Assembly: GCA_963841435.1 (NCBI GenBank)
Contig: CAWJCS010000006.1
Span: forward strand, 544,001-608,000
DNA from: an uncultured delta proteobacterium
Lineage (GTDB): Bacteria; Myxococcota_A; Polyangia; Polyangiales; Polyangiaceae
DNA length: 64,000 nucleotides
Direction: 5' to 3'
Position 1 is the stretch's first letter. Each line of letters starts with the position of its first letter. The notes under the pieces were generated by a model. It was not told where the DNA came from. It saw nothing but the letters and a program-made list of their open reading frames with translations, and ran no database searches. Shown in pieces: positions 10,710-20,381 of the stretch. The position numbers were made by a program, and so were the translations under genes.

Positions 10710-11951
10710 TCAACCCCCCGCCTTCTCCTTCACGCTCTGCCCGTCTCGCAGCTCCGCCGGCGGGTTCTTGACGACTCGGGTGCCGGCCGGAGGGCCGCGC
10801 ACGAGCTCGAAGCCACTGCCGAACGCGGGGCCGAGCGCGACGGGCACGAGCCGCACGCGCCCGTCCTCGTAGCGGAACACGGCCTTGCTGCCGTCCAGGT
10901 TGGCGACCGCCGACCCCGGCACGATCGTCTTCGGCGGCGCCTTGAGCTCCTCCTTGTCGAGCTCGCTCGAAAGGAAGCTCACGCGGGCCGCCATGTCCGG
11001 CAGCACGTTCTCCCGGTCGTCAACGAAAGCCACCTTCACGGTGACCGTCGCCTTGGTTCGATTCACGCGTGGCGTGATCTCCATGGCCTTGCCGCGGTAG
11101 CGCTTGGACGGATACGCATCGAGCACGATCTCGGCGGGGCCGCCGATCTTCACCTGCGAGAGCCGCTGCTCGGGTACGTCCGTTTCCACCATCATCGTGG
11201 AAAAATCGGCGATCTCCACGCCACCCATGTCTGCAGCGATGCCGGCGGGCTGGGGGCCGACGACCTCGCCCACCTCCGGCGGCTTGTTGACGATCGTGCC
11301 CGAGATCGGCGCCCTCACGGTGAAGCCGTCGAGCGTCACGTTGAGCGCGCTCACGAGCGACCCTGCGGCGCGCGCCTCCGCGTCGGCCGCCTTCACGCCC
11401 TCCTCGAGCGATGCAACCCGCGCGCGCAGGTCCTCCGCCGTCGCCTTGGGCGAGATGCCTTCGTGGGCCAGCGTCTCGGCGCGCGTGAGCTGGACGCGCG
11501 CCTCGGAGAGCTGCGCCCGGGCCGTCTGGGCACGCGCGCGTGCGGCCGCCACTTGGCTCGCGGCCGTGGCGATACTCGCGCGCTGATCCGCGGGGTCGAT
11601 CTCGAACAGGACGTCCCCCGCCTTTACCTGGTTGCCTTCCTTGACGAAGGCTTTCTCGACCTTGCCGGCGACTTTGGGCGCTACCTTCGAGACGGACTGG
11701 GCGACGACATAACCCGTCGAGGTGAGCTCCACCGAGGCTTGGGCCGGCGACACGGTCGCAATCTCGGTGAGCTCGACCTCCGCCTTCATCACCTGGCTTC
11801 GGACGTAGGGGACCCCCACGGCGTACCCCGCGCCCAGGACGCCGAGGACGAGCGCCGCGACGACCAGCTTGCCGACCAGGCCCCCGCGCGGGGGTGGCGC
11901 GGCCCGCTCGATGCGCAGCGCGGCCAAATCCGAGCTTAGCTGGTCTGCCAT
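10710..11951 (-). CDS. Efflux periplasmic adaptor (MacA/HlyD-like)
   Basis: Single TM, lipoyl halves (VKEGNQVKAGDVL, VRAPISGTIV), coiled-coil hairpin, LPDMAARVSF. Confidence 0.92.
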   Translation of the reverse strand: MADQLSSDLAALRIERAAPPPRGGLVGKLVVAALVLGVLGAGYAVGVPYVRSQVMKAEVELTEIATVSPAQASVELTSTGYVVAQSVSKVAPKVAGKVEKAFVKEGNQVKAGDVLFEIDPADQRASIATAASQVAAARARAQTARAQLSEARVQLTRAETLAHEGISPKATAEDLRARVASLEEGVKAADAEARAAGSLVSALNVTLDGFTVRAPISGTIVNKPPEVGEVVGPQPAGIAADMGGVEIADFSTMMVETDVPEQRLSQVKIGGPAEIVLDAYPSKRYRGKAMEITPRVNRTKATVTVKVAFVDDRENVLPDMAARVSFLSSELDKEELKAPPKTIVPGSAVANLDGSKAVFRYEDGRVRLVPVALGPAFGSGFELVRGPPAGTRVVKNPPAELRDGQSVKEKAGG

Positions 11952-12097
11952 GGCGTGGGTTCCTGGCGCCCTTCCGCGGGGCTCCCTGGGGCCGTCCGCT
12001 AGCACGGCCGTAGAGTTTTGTCCTCCGACGCGGGACGTTTCGCCCCTCTCCGAATGTGGTATTTCCGTGGCGCGCTCGGACGAGAACGGCCGAAACG

Positions 12098-13642
12098 ATG
12101 CGAAATCCCCTCAACTGGCGCAACACACCGCCCGCAGCGTATCGCGACACCTACGTCGAAAATCGCTTCGCGAGCGAAAACTCGTTCTCGACCCGACCGC
12201 GGCGCAACGTGGACCCGTGGCCGACGTTCGCCGACGGTCGCGCGAGCCTCTTGCCGGTGCCGCACCTGCCGACGCAGCCGAGCGCCGTCAACTTTTATTA
12301 TCGCTGCTGGGAGATCGCGTTCAGCAACTTCAGGCGCGCGACCGGCGAGAACGGCTTCGTCTCGGACTACTCGTCGACGATGTACGATAACGCGCTCTTC
12401 ATCTGGGACTCGGTGTTCATCACCCTGTTCGGTCGCTACGGTGATCGAGCGTGGAAGTTCCAGAACACGCTCGACAACTTTTACGCGCGCCAGCACCCCG
12501 ACGGCGGCATCTGTCGCCAGCTGCGTGAGGAGGACGGCAGCGAGGTCTTCAGTCGCTTCGACCCGGCCGGCAGCGGGCCGAACCTGCTCGCCTGGAGCGA
12601 GTGGGAATACTACCGGTTTTTCGGCGATCGCAGCCGCCTGGTCGAGGTTTTCGCGCCCCTCGTCGCGCACGCCGATTGGCATCGGCACTACCGCACCTGG
12701 CCGAACGGCAGCTACTGGGGCACGGGCTGGGCGACGGGCATGGACAACCAGCCGCGCACGCCGGCGGGTGCGCACGTCTGGTTCGATCACGCGCACCGCA
12801 CCTGGGTCGATACGAACTTCCAGGCGGCGCTCAACAATCGTCTGCTCGCGCGCATCGGCGAGGAACTCGGTCGCGAGGAGGAGGTTCAGGACTCGACTGC
12901 CGAGAACGCGACGCTCGTCCCGTGGATCAACCAGCACCTCTGGGACGAGGGCACGAGCTTTTATCACGACCTTCGACGCGATCAGTCGCGCGTCACGGAG
13001 GTAAAAACGATCGGCGCCTACTGGGCGCTGCTCGCCCACGCCGTGCCGGAGGATCGTCTCGACCGCTTCGTGTCTCACCTCGATCGCGGGACGGAATTTC
13101 GGCGCGCCCATCGCGTGCCGAGCCTCTCGGCAGACACGCCCGGCTACGATCCCGACGGCGGGCACTGGCTCGGCGGCGTGTGGGCGCCCACGAATTACAT
13201 GGTTTTGCGCGGGCTCACCGAGCACGGCTACCACGACCTCGCCTACGCCATCGCCGACAATCATTACCAGAGTGTGCTCGCCTCGTTCGAGAAGACGGGG
13301 TCCATCTGGGAGCACCACGCCCCGGACGCCGTCGGAGCGGGCCGCGGTCGGCGCGACTTCGTCGGCTGGACGGGCATCACTCCGATCGCGGTGCTCTTCG
13401 AGTACGTGCTCGGATTGCGCCCGGACGTGTCGCGCAGCCTCCTGGTCTGGGACGTGCGGCGCCTCGACGAGCACGGCGTGCAACGCTACCCGTTCGGCGT
13501 CCACGGCTCGCTGGATCTCGTCGCGGGCGCGCGCGACAAGGCGAGCGAGCGTCCACGGCTGAGTATCAGCAGCAACGTACCGCTCAAGCTCGAGCTGCGC
13601 TGGGCGGCCGGGTCCGAGGTCATCGACGTGACGCCGACATGA
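12098..13642 (+). CDS. (alpha/alpha)6 glycoside hydrolase (GH63/MGH1/trehalase-like)
   Basis: FIWDSVF, TGMDNQPR, HWLGGVWAPTNYMV and IWEHHAP...DFVGWTG motifs. Confidence 0.85.
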   Translation: MRNPLNWRNTPPAAYRDTYVENRFASENSFSTRPRRNVDPWPTFADGRASLLPVPHLPTQPSAVNFYYRCWEIAFSNFRRATGENGFVSDYSSTMYDNALFIWDSVFITLFGRYGDRAWKFQNTLDNFYARQHPDGGICRQLREEDGSEVFSRFDPAGSGPNLLAWSEWEYYRFFGDRSRLVEVFAPLVAHADWHRHYRTWPNGSYWGTGWATGMDNQPRTPAGAHVWFDHAHRTWVDTNFQAALNNRLLARIGEELGREEEVQDSTAENATLVPWINQHLWDEGTSFYHDLRRDQSRVTEVKTIGAYWALLAHAVPEDRLDRFVSHLDRGTEFRRAHRVPSLSADTPGYDPDGGHWLGGVWAPTNYMVLRGLTEHGYHDLAYAIADNHYQSVLASFEKTGSIWEHHAPDAVGAGRGRRDFVGWTGITPIAVLFEYVLGLRPDVSRSLLVWDVRRLDEHGVQRYPFGVHGSLDLVAGARDKASERPRLSISSNVPLKLELRWAAGSEVIDVTPT

Positions 13643-14502
13643 AGCTTGCCGTCTCCGTCGATGGGAGGCTCGTGCCACCCGCGGAGGCCTCGGTGAGCGT
13701 GCTCGACCGAGGGTTCTTGTACGGCGATGCCGTGTTCGAGGTGCTTCGCACTTACGGGCGCGTGCCGTTCGCGCTCGAGCGCCACCTCGAGCGGCTCGCC
13801 GAGAGCGCGCGGCGTGCGCTGATGGCGCTGCCCGTCTCGCTCGCGGAGCTCCGGCGCGAGGTCGAGACCGCGATTTCGGCAGCCAATCAGCGCGAGTCGC
13901 TCGTGCGCTTGATGCTCACGCGCGGACGCGCCGAGACGCTGGGACTCGACCTGGAGCTCGCGGGCGCACCGCTGCGGGTCGTGCTCGTGATGGAGCTCGC
14001 CGAGCCTCCCGCCGAGCTCTACGAAGCCGGCATCGGCGCCATCACGTTTCCGACCGAGCGCGTCGGCGACGGCACGCGCGCCGCTGGTGCGAAGCTCGTC
14101 AACTACCTCGTCGCCGTGCTCGCGCTCGACGAGGCGAAGCGAAAAGGCGCGAAGGAAGCGCTCGTGCTCGACGCGCGGGGCAACGTCACCGAGGGCTGCA
14201 CGTCCAACGTGTTCGTCGTGCGCGACGGAGCGCTCGTGACGCCGCCCGAGTCTGCGGGGATTTTGCGGGGTATCACTCGCGACACGCTGCTCGAGCTCGC
14301 TTCGCGCGCGAGCCTTTCCGTCGAGGAGCGCGAGCTGCGAAGGGACGAGCTTTTCAGCGCCGATGAAGCGTTCATCAGCTCGAGCATCCGCGAGGTCGTG
14401 CCCGTCGTTTCGGTCGACGGGCACGCGATCGCGAACGGCCGCCCGGGACCGGTCACGCTGCGACTGCTCGCCGAGTACCGGCGCTTCACGCGCGTCGCCT
14501 GA
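13639..14502 (+). CDS. Class IV aminotransferase (IlvE/PabC/D-amino-acid type)
   Basis: SVLDRGFLYGDAVFE, HLERL, AK..NY, EGCTSNVF, ILRGITR. ATGA overlap with the upstream gene. Confidence 0.93.
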   Translation: MKLAVSVDGRLVPPAEASVSVLDRGFLYGDAVFEVLRTYGRVPFALERHLERLAESARRALMALPVSLAELRREVETAISAANQRESLVRLMLTRGRAETLGLDLELAGAPLRVVLVMELAEPPAELYEAGIGAITFPTERVGDGTRAAGAKLVNYLVAVLALDEAKRKGAKEALVLDARGNVTEGCTSNVFVVRDGALVTPPESAGILRGITRDTLLELASRASLSVEERELRRDELFSADEAFISSSIREVVPVVSVDGHAIANGRPGPVTLRLLAEYRRFTRVA

Positions 14503-14555
14503 GCGGCGGTGTGCATCGCGGTGCGCGGGCCCGGTGGGCCGCGGCGAAGGCAGGC

Positions 14556-15689
14556 TCAGGTCGTGGGGGCGGGAGCCTGAGCGGCCGCGCGGCGCGGGAT
14601 GCTGAGCTTGCCGCCGCCCTGGGCGAGCAGCACACCGATGGCCTTTTCGAAGAACGCTCGTAAGAACGGTATCTCGTGCGGCGGATCGGTGATGAGCCCG
14701 CAGCGCTCGATGCCCTTGATGGTGGCGACGAGTTCGAGCGCCTTGACTTCGCCGTCGCGGGCGAGCACGCCGAGCCCGCTGTCCTTCATCGAGAGCACGA
14801 GGTCGGCGCGTCGCTCCGGCGAAAAATAGCGATCCGTCGCCGCCAGCACCTCGTTCTTCAAGAGCTCTTCGACGACGCGGGGTTCCGGCTCCTCGCCGTC
14901 GGGCAGACCCTCGCCGACCTTGGCGAGCAGCTCGTCGATCGAAGGGCGGTTCGGTAGCCAACCACGAAACTCCGGCAGCTCGTGGAGCGAGCCGGACGCT
15001 TCGATGAGCGTCTTCTGATCTTCGTCGCCGAGCTCCAGCCCTTCCTCGTCGAACGGGTGAGGCAGCGTGGCGCTCGGCGGCTCGCCGAGCAGCCCCTCCG
15101 CCCCCGCGAAGCCGAGCGGCTCCGGCACGCCGCGCTCACGGTGTCGCGTTCGCGCCTCGGCGATGCGCGCCTGCGCCCACGCGACGGGGATCGAAACCGG
15201 CTTGTACTGAGCACCGCGCAGCGCCCCCTGAATCGACGCGCGGAGCTGCGACTGCGCGAGCTCGCTCGTGCGCGCGTCGATGACGCCCAGGGTGCGCGAC
15301 ACGAACGCAAAGAGCGCGCGATAGCGCGTCGTCGGCGTGCGCGAGGCGAGCACGAGCAGGCTCGTGCCCGTGCCGTCGGGGGGCAACAGCCAGGCCTCGA
15401 GCGATTCCTTCTCGCGCTCACCGCCGACCGTTGCCACGCGCGTTACCGGCGACGGCTTGATGCCGCGCGCCATGAGGACGTTCAGGGCACGTCGCGCGGT
15501 CTTGCGCAGGGCGCCTTGTGTGGCCTCGGCCACGGCGCCGACGGCGTCAGCGTTGCCCTCGCGCACCCAGGCGTCGATCAGCGCGTCGCCGCGCGCGCCT
15601 GCTTCACCGAGCTTGGCGAGCGCTTGCTCGCGGGACGCCTTCAGTAGCGCCGAGTCGAACACCTGCTCCTTGGCTTCCGTCTTCGTCAT
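14556..15689 (-). CDS. Hypothetical helical protein
   Basis: Long ORF with coding-like codon usage, co-oriented after the Rid gene. No recognised motif. Confidence 0.75.
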   Translation of the reverse strand: MTKTEAKEQVFDSALLKASREQALAKLGEAGARGDALIDAWVREGNADAVGAVAEATQGALRKTARRALNVLMARGIKPSPVTRVATVGGEREKESLEAWLLPPDGTGTSLLVLASRTPTTRYRALFAFVSRTLGVIDARTSELAQSQLRASIQGALRGAQYKPVSIPVAWAQARIAEARTRHRERGVPEPLGFAGAEGLLGEPPSATLPHPFDEEGLELGDEDQKTLIEASGSLHELPEFRGWLPNRPSIDELLAKVGEGLPDGEEPEPRVVEELLKNEVLAATDRYFSPERRADLVLSMKDSGLGVLARDGEVKALELVATIKGIERCGLITDPPHEIPFLRAFFEKAIGVLLAQGGGKLSIPRRAAAQAPAPTT

Positions 15690-15711
15690 GGTCTTTCCTG
15701 GTGGCGAGGTC

Positions 15712-16098
15712 TCAGCGGGGTGCGTGCGCGACGGCGTCGATCTCGACGCGGGCCCCGCGCGGCAGCCCCGCGACTTGCACCGTCGCACGCGCGGGGGCTC
15801 CCTCGGGGAAGTAGGCCGCGTAGGCTACGTCGAAAGCGGCGAAATCAGCGAGGTCCGCGAGAAACACGGTGCATTTGACGATATCGCCGTGCGTGAGCCC
15901 CGCAGCGCCGAGCACGGCTCCGAGGTTGTCGAGCACACGCTCGGTCTGGCGCTGGATGTCGCCCTCGACGAGCTCGTGCGTCGCCGGGTCGATCGGGATT
16001 TGGCCCGAACAGAAGACGAAGTCGCCCGCACGGACGGCCTGCGAGTAGCTCGCCACGGGTGCCGGCGCTGCGGCGGAGCGCAAGATCTGTTTGGTCAT
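15712..16098 (-). CDS. ridA: RidA/YjgF family enamine deaminase
   Basis: YSQAV..GDFVFCSGQIP, PARATVQVAGLP.GARVEIDAVA. Confidence 0.9.
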   Translation of the reverse strand: MTKQILRSAAAPAPVASYSQAVRAGDFVFCSGQIPIDPATHELVEGDIQRQTERVLDNLGAVLGAAGLTHGDIVKCTVFLADLADFAAFDVAYAAYFPEGAPARATVQVAGLPRGARVEIDAVAHAPR

Positions 16099-16144
16099 GT
16101 TGCGAGGGCAGGGATGATGGTCGGTCGCGCGGCGGCGTGCAAGC

Positions 16145-16756
16145 TCAGACCAGACGCCGCCCGTCGATGGCACGACCCAGCGTGATCTGGTCGGCGAACT
16201 CCAAGTCGCCTCCGTGGGGGACGCCGCTGGCGATGCGCGTCACGCGCAGACCTCGCCCCGCGAGCTCGCGCGCGAGCAACAGGGCGGTCGCCTCGCCGTC
16301 CACCGACGGCGGCGTCGCGAGGATTACTTCCTTGACGCCGTCGGCGGCGATGCGCGCCATGAGCGGGCCGAGCGGGAGCTCCTCGGGGCCGATGCCGTCG
16401 AGCGGCGAGAGCAGCTTCCCGAGCACGAAATACCGGCCGCGGACCGCACCGCTACGCTCGAGCGCGAGCAGATCCTGCACGCGCGCGACGATGCACAAGA
16501 CCTCCGCGTCCCGCCGCGAGTCGCGGCAGATCCCGCAGCGCGCTTGGCCGTGGTCGTCGAGCTCGGCGACATTGCCGCATGTCTCGCAGGGGCGCACGTG
16601 CGACTCGAGCTCGAGCAGCGCCTGGCCTAGCTCGCGCGCGACCTCGAGCTTGTCGCCCACGAGCCAGAGCACGAAACGCTGCGCCGTCTTCTCTCCGACG
16701 CCCGGCAAGCGCGCGAACAGCTCTGCGAGGCGCGTCACGCGCGAGGGCAGCATCAT
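16145..16756 (-). CDS. recR: Recombination protein RecR
   Basis: LPGVGEKTAQR, C4 zinc finger, LSPLDGIGPEEL, EVILAT..VDGEATA, RIASGVPHGGDLE. Confidence 0.97.
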   Translation of the reverse strand: MMLPSRVTRLAELFARLPGVGEKTAQRFVLWLVGDKLEVARELGQALLELESHVRPCETCGNVAELDDHGQARCGICRDSRRDAEVLCIVARVQDLLALERSGAVRGRYFVLGKLLSPLDGIGPEELPLGPLMARIAADGVKEVILATPPSVDGEATALLLARELAGRGLRVTRIASGVPHGGDLEFADQITLGRAIDGRRLV

Positions 16757-16765
16757 GCGCCGACT

Positions 16766-18766
16766 CTACCGCCCTGCGAGCTTGAGATCTTTCACGTGAC
16801 CACCGAGCACCTCGAGCGCCTCGACGACGCGCGGGTGGCTCTTCACTTTGGCGATCGCCGTGCGGCGCTTTCGCTCGGCCTCTGCGGAGTCGAGGTGGGC
16901 GAGCGTTGGCGCGCCGGGCGGAAGCTTGATGCCCGTTTCGATGCGGACGCTCGTGGGGGTACCGAAGTGGGCGCTCGCAGCGCGCTCGACGAGTGCGGCT
17001 TCGCGCGTCACCTCGTCGGTGATGAACGGTTCGTCCGAGCCGAAGCCGAGGCGTACGAGACCGGGCGCCGCGGTGAGCAGCGCTCCGCGCATGAGGAACG
17101 CGCCGAGCTCGGCGCGCTCATCGCCGACGCGCTCGACGATGGCGCGCCAGTCGTCGAGCGCGCCCGGGCCGAGCCCCGCCTCCGCGACGGCGCTCGCGGC
17201 GCGTGCGGGCTTCGCGTCCGAGGGCGGCGTGCTCGCGCGGGCTCGTTCGGGCCGCAGTGGCGCGACCGGCGCCGGCCCGGGCGGTGACGCCGCGGGCGGT
17301 GACGCCGCAGCCGGTGACGCCGCGGGCGGTGACGCCGCAGCCGGTGACGCCGCGGGCGGTGACGCCGCAGCCGGTGACGCCGCGGGCGGTGACGCCGCAG
17401 CCGGTGACGCCGCAGCCGGTGACGCCGCGGGAGATGGTGAGTCCGAGGAGCGCGGCGCGCTCGGCGGCGGGGCCGCAGCTGCCGAGCGCGGGGCCGGCCC
17501 CACCGCGCGCGGGCTCGCAGCGGCCGGTGTCTGGGCACTGCGCACGCGAGCCGGTTCGTCGCCTGCGCGGGCCGCGGGGGCCGACCCCCTGAGCCGCCGT
17601 TCGAGCGCTCCGAGCCGCCCCACGAGGTCGTCGATGGGCAAGAGCGGCGGGCGGCGCGCCAGCCGGACGAGCAGCATTTCGAGCGCCGCGCGCGCCTGGC
17701 CGCTGCGCACGATGTCGTCGAAGCCCTGCGCGAAGCCCTGGTGCAGTCGCAAGAGGTCGTCGGCGCTCGCGTCCTTGGCGAGCGCGACGACGCGCGCGAC
17801 CTCGTCGGCGGGCAGATCGATGAGCGGCGCGGGCTCGGCGCACACCTTGCCGACCACGAGATCGCGCAGTAGCGCCAAGAGGTCGCGCGAAACGTGCACG
17901 ACGTCGTGCCCCTCGGCGACGAGATCCGCCACGATGCGCAGGCATCCGGGTGCGTCGCCCGACAGCAACGCGGTCGCGATCTCGAACAGCACACGCTGGC
18001 TCGCGACGCCGAGCACGCGCGCCACGGCTTCGCCCTTGAGCTCGCCGCCCGCCCACGCGATCACCTGATCGAGCAAGCTCATCGCGTCGCGCATGCTGCC
18101 GGCCGCCTCGCGCGCGAGGATCGAGATGGCGGCGTCGTCCGCGCCGATGCCCTCGCTATCGAGCACGTGGCGCAGCCGGCCCGCGATGGCTTGCGCGGAG
18201 ATCAGCTTGAAGTCGAAACGCTGCACGCGGCTCAAGATCGTGACGGGAACCTTGTGCACTTCCGTCGTCGCGAAGATGAACTTCACGTGCGGTGGCGGCT
18301 CCTCGAGCGTCTTTAGGAACGCGTTCCACGCGTTCTGCGAGAGCATGTGGACCTCGTCAACGACGTAGATCTTGAAGCGATCGCGCTGGGGCCGGTACGG
18401 CAGCGAATCCTGCAGCTTTCGGACCTCGTCGACGCCGTTGTAGCTCGCGCCGTCGATCTCCCACACGTCAACATCGGTGCCCTGCGCGATCTCGCGACAA
18501 GCGGCGCACGCGAGGCAGGGTGTCACCGTGGGGCCGGGGTCGGTGCCGGGCGGAGTCGTCGCCGGATCACCGAGGCAATTGAGGGCCTTGGCGAGGATGC
18601 GCGCGCTCGTCGTCTTGCCCACGCCGCGGACGCCGGTGAACAGGAACGCGTGGGCCACGCGATTGGCCCGGATGGCGTTGCCCAGCGTTTGCGCCACGTG
18701 ATCTTGCCCGACCAGGTCCTCGAAGCGGAGTGGGCGCCATTTGCGCGCCAGGACGACGTAGCTCAC
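16766..18766 (-). CDS. dnaX: DNA polymerase III subunit gamma/tau
   Basis: SYVVLARKWRP, GVRGVGKTT, DEVHMLS, LKTLEEPP, GSMRDAMSLLDQ. Pro/Ala linker precedes the C-terminal domain. Confidence 0.97.
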   Translation of the reverse strand: MSYVVLARKWRPLRFEDLVGQDHVAQTLGNAIRANRVAHAFLFTGVRGVGKTTSARILAKALNCLGDPATTPPGTDPGPTVTPCLACAACREIAQGTDVDVWEIDGASYNGVDEVRKLQDSLPYRPQRDRFKIYVVDEVHMLSQNAWNAFLKTLEEPPPHVKFIFATTEVHKVPVTILSRVQRFDFKLISAQAIAGRLRHVLDSEGIGADDAAISILAREAAGSMRDAMSLLDQVIAWAGGELKGEAVARVLGVASQRVLFEIATALLSGDAPGCLRIVADLVAEGHDVVHVSRDLLALLRDLVVGKVCAEPAPLIDLPADEVARVVALAKDASADDLLRLHQGFAQGFDDIVRSGQARAALEMLLVRLARRPPLLPIDDLVGRLGALERRLRGSAPAARAGDEPARVRSAQTPAAASPRAVGPAPRSAAAAPPPSAPRSSDSPSPAASPAAASPAAASPPAASPAAASPPAASPAAASPPAASPAAASPPAASPPGPAPVAPLRPERARASTPPSDAKPARAASAVAEAGLGPGALDDWRAIVERVGDERAELGAFLMRGALLTAAPGLVRLGFGSDEPFITDEVTREAALVERAASAHFGTPTSVRIETGIKLPPGAPTLAHLDSAEAERKRRTAIAKVKSHPRVVEALEVLGGHVKDLKLAGR
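17283..17432. repeat. Coding tandem repeat of ten 15-bp units within the dnaX linker
   Basis: GGTGACGCCGCGGGC and GGTGACGCCGCAGCC alternate (30-bp period x4), plus two more units. Encodes SPAAA/SPPAA pentapeptides. Confidence 0.95.
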
Positions 18767-18884
18767 CCGTGGTCGCCTAGCAGATCGGCGCGCGAGGAGC
18801 GAGGGTCATCCCCAACGGCCGGCACCGGTGGTAACATCCGACCGTGCCGAACCCGCAAGCGACGAGCCCGTCGCGCCGTCGCCC

Positions 18885-20381
18885 ATGAGCGAAGTCTTCG
18901 CCGGGGTCGTCGCGGCCTGGTCGGTGTCGCACGCCGCGCTCGGGCTGTATTTCTTGCTGGCGTTCGTGGTCGGTGGGCGTGGGCGCGAATTCGCGCTGTT
19001 CGGCCTGCTCTGCTTCGCCTTCAGCGTCGCCAGCATCGGCATTTCGCTCGATTTCTTCTCGGCGAGCGCCGGCGAGCGCGATCGCTACGACGTCATCTCC
19101 CACGTCGGGTACGTCCTCGCCGGGGTCCTGAACCTTCATTTCGCCATCGAGTTTGCCGGCTATCCAGCGAAGCGCCGCGTGCTCGTCGCGCTCTATGCCG
19201 CGGCGGCGTTTTTCGAGGTCGCCACGTTGAACGAATGGCTATGGACCGAGCACCGCGCCGTCGTCGCGACGGTGCTCGGTCATACCGTTCACTACGGCGT
19301 GGGAACACCGAGCGCGCTCGGGTACGTTTTCTACGCGTTCGGGACGACCGAGACCGTCGTGGCTCTGCTCTTGCTCTTGCACGCTTACCGTGCGGGGCGA
19401 CCGGAAGCCCTGAGTGCCCTCATCGGCGCGGCGCTCGTGCTTCCCGCCCTCGGCAACGATCTCGGTATTGCGTTCGGTCTGCTCGAGAGCACGGTTTCCC
19501 TCTTGCCGCACTGCTTCTTGATCTACGCCTTCGGCGTGGCGGCCGCGCTCCTCGTGCGGTTTCGCATCACGTCGGGTGAAATCGAGGACGCGACGACGAG
19601 CTTGCGCCAGCGCACCGAGGAGCTCCTGCACTCGCACGAAGAGCTACGCCAGATGCAGGGAGAGCTCTCGAACCGGCGGCAGCTCGCCGTCGTGGGCGAG
19701 CTCGCCGCGGCCATCGCGCACGAGGTGCGAAATCCCCTGGCCGTGATCGTCAACGCGGTGGCAGGTCTCCGTCGCGGTGGCCTGCGCGATCAGGATCGAG
19801 CGACGCTGCTCGACATCGTCGACGAGGAGGCCGGTCGCCTGAACCGTCTGGTCGGCGACCTGCTCCGTTTCGCGCGGCCCATCAATGTGAACCGCTTGCC
19901 GGTATCGCTCGCGGAGCTCGCGCGCCGCTTCAAGGGCAGCATCGAGGGCCCTCCCGAGGTCGTGACCGAGATCGACGCCGTACCCGAGGCCGATACGGCG
20001 TGGGTCGACCCGAACCTGTTCCGCCTCGTGTTCGACAACCTCCTCGCGAACGCCCGTCAGGCCATGCGCGATGCCGGCGTGATCCGCGTGCGCATCCGGC
20101 CCGAGCGCGGCGGCGAGGAGCCGCGCGTGCGCATCGAGGTCGAGGACAGCGGGCAGGGCATGGACCCCGAGGTTCAGCGGCGCGCCCTCGATCCCTTTTT
20201 CACGACGCGGCCGAGTGGCACCGGGCTCGGCCTGCCCATCGTGCAGCGCATCGTCGAAGCGCACGGCGGCGAGCTCCGCATCGAAAGCGTCGGCGGCGCG
20301 GGCACGACCGTCACGGTGACGATTCCCGTGTCCCGCCCCGAGGAGCGGCCCTCCGAACGCCCACAGGAGCAGGCCTCGTGA
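18885..20381 (+). CDS. Membrane sensor histidine kinase (about 7 TM, NtrB-like HisKA)
   Basis: Multiple TM segments, H-box AHEVRNPL, N-box NLLANARQAM, DSGQG, PFFTT, GTGLGL. Confidence 0.94.
   Translation: MSEVFAGVVAAWSVSHAALGLYFLLAFVVGGRGREFALFGLLCFAFSVASIGISLDFFSASAGERDRYDVISHVGYVLAGVLNLHFAIEFAGYPAKRRVLVALYAAAAFFEVATLNEWLWTEHRAVVATVLGHTVHYGVGTPSALGYVFYAFGTTETVVALLLLLHAYRAGRPEALSALIGAALVLPALGNDLGIAFGLLESTVSLLPHCFLIYAFGVAAALLVRFRITSGEIEDATTSLRQRTEELLHSHEELRQMQGELSNRRQLAVVGELAAAIAHEVRNPLAVIVNAVAGLRRGGLRDQDRATLLDIVDEEAGRLNRLVGDLLRFARPINVNRLPVSLAELARRFKGSIEGPPEVVTEIDAVPEADTAWVDPNLFRLVFDNLLANARQAMRDAGVIRVRIRPERGGEEPRVRIEVEDSGQGMDPEVQRRALDPFFTTRPSGTGLGLPIVQRIVEAHGGELRIESVGGAGTTVTVTIPVSRPEERPSERPQEQAS

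Noticed and set aside
17283-17432. Possible CRISPR array
   Set aside because: Units abut with no unique spacers, lie in frame within dnaX, and no cas genes are present.
18767-18884. SRP RNA (ffs), often found upstream of dnaX
   Set aside because: No SRP domain IV motif (CAGG..GGAA..AGCAG) on either strand.
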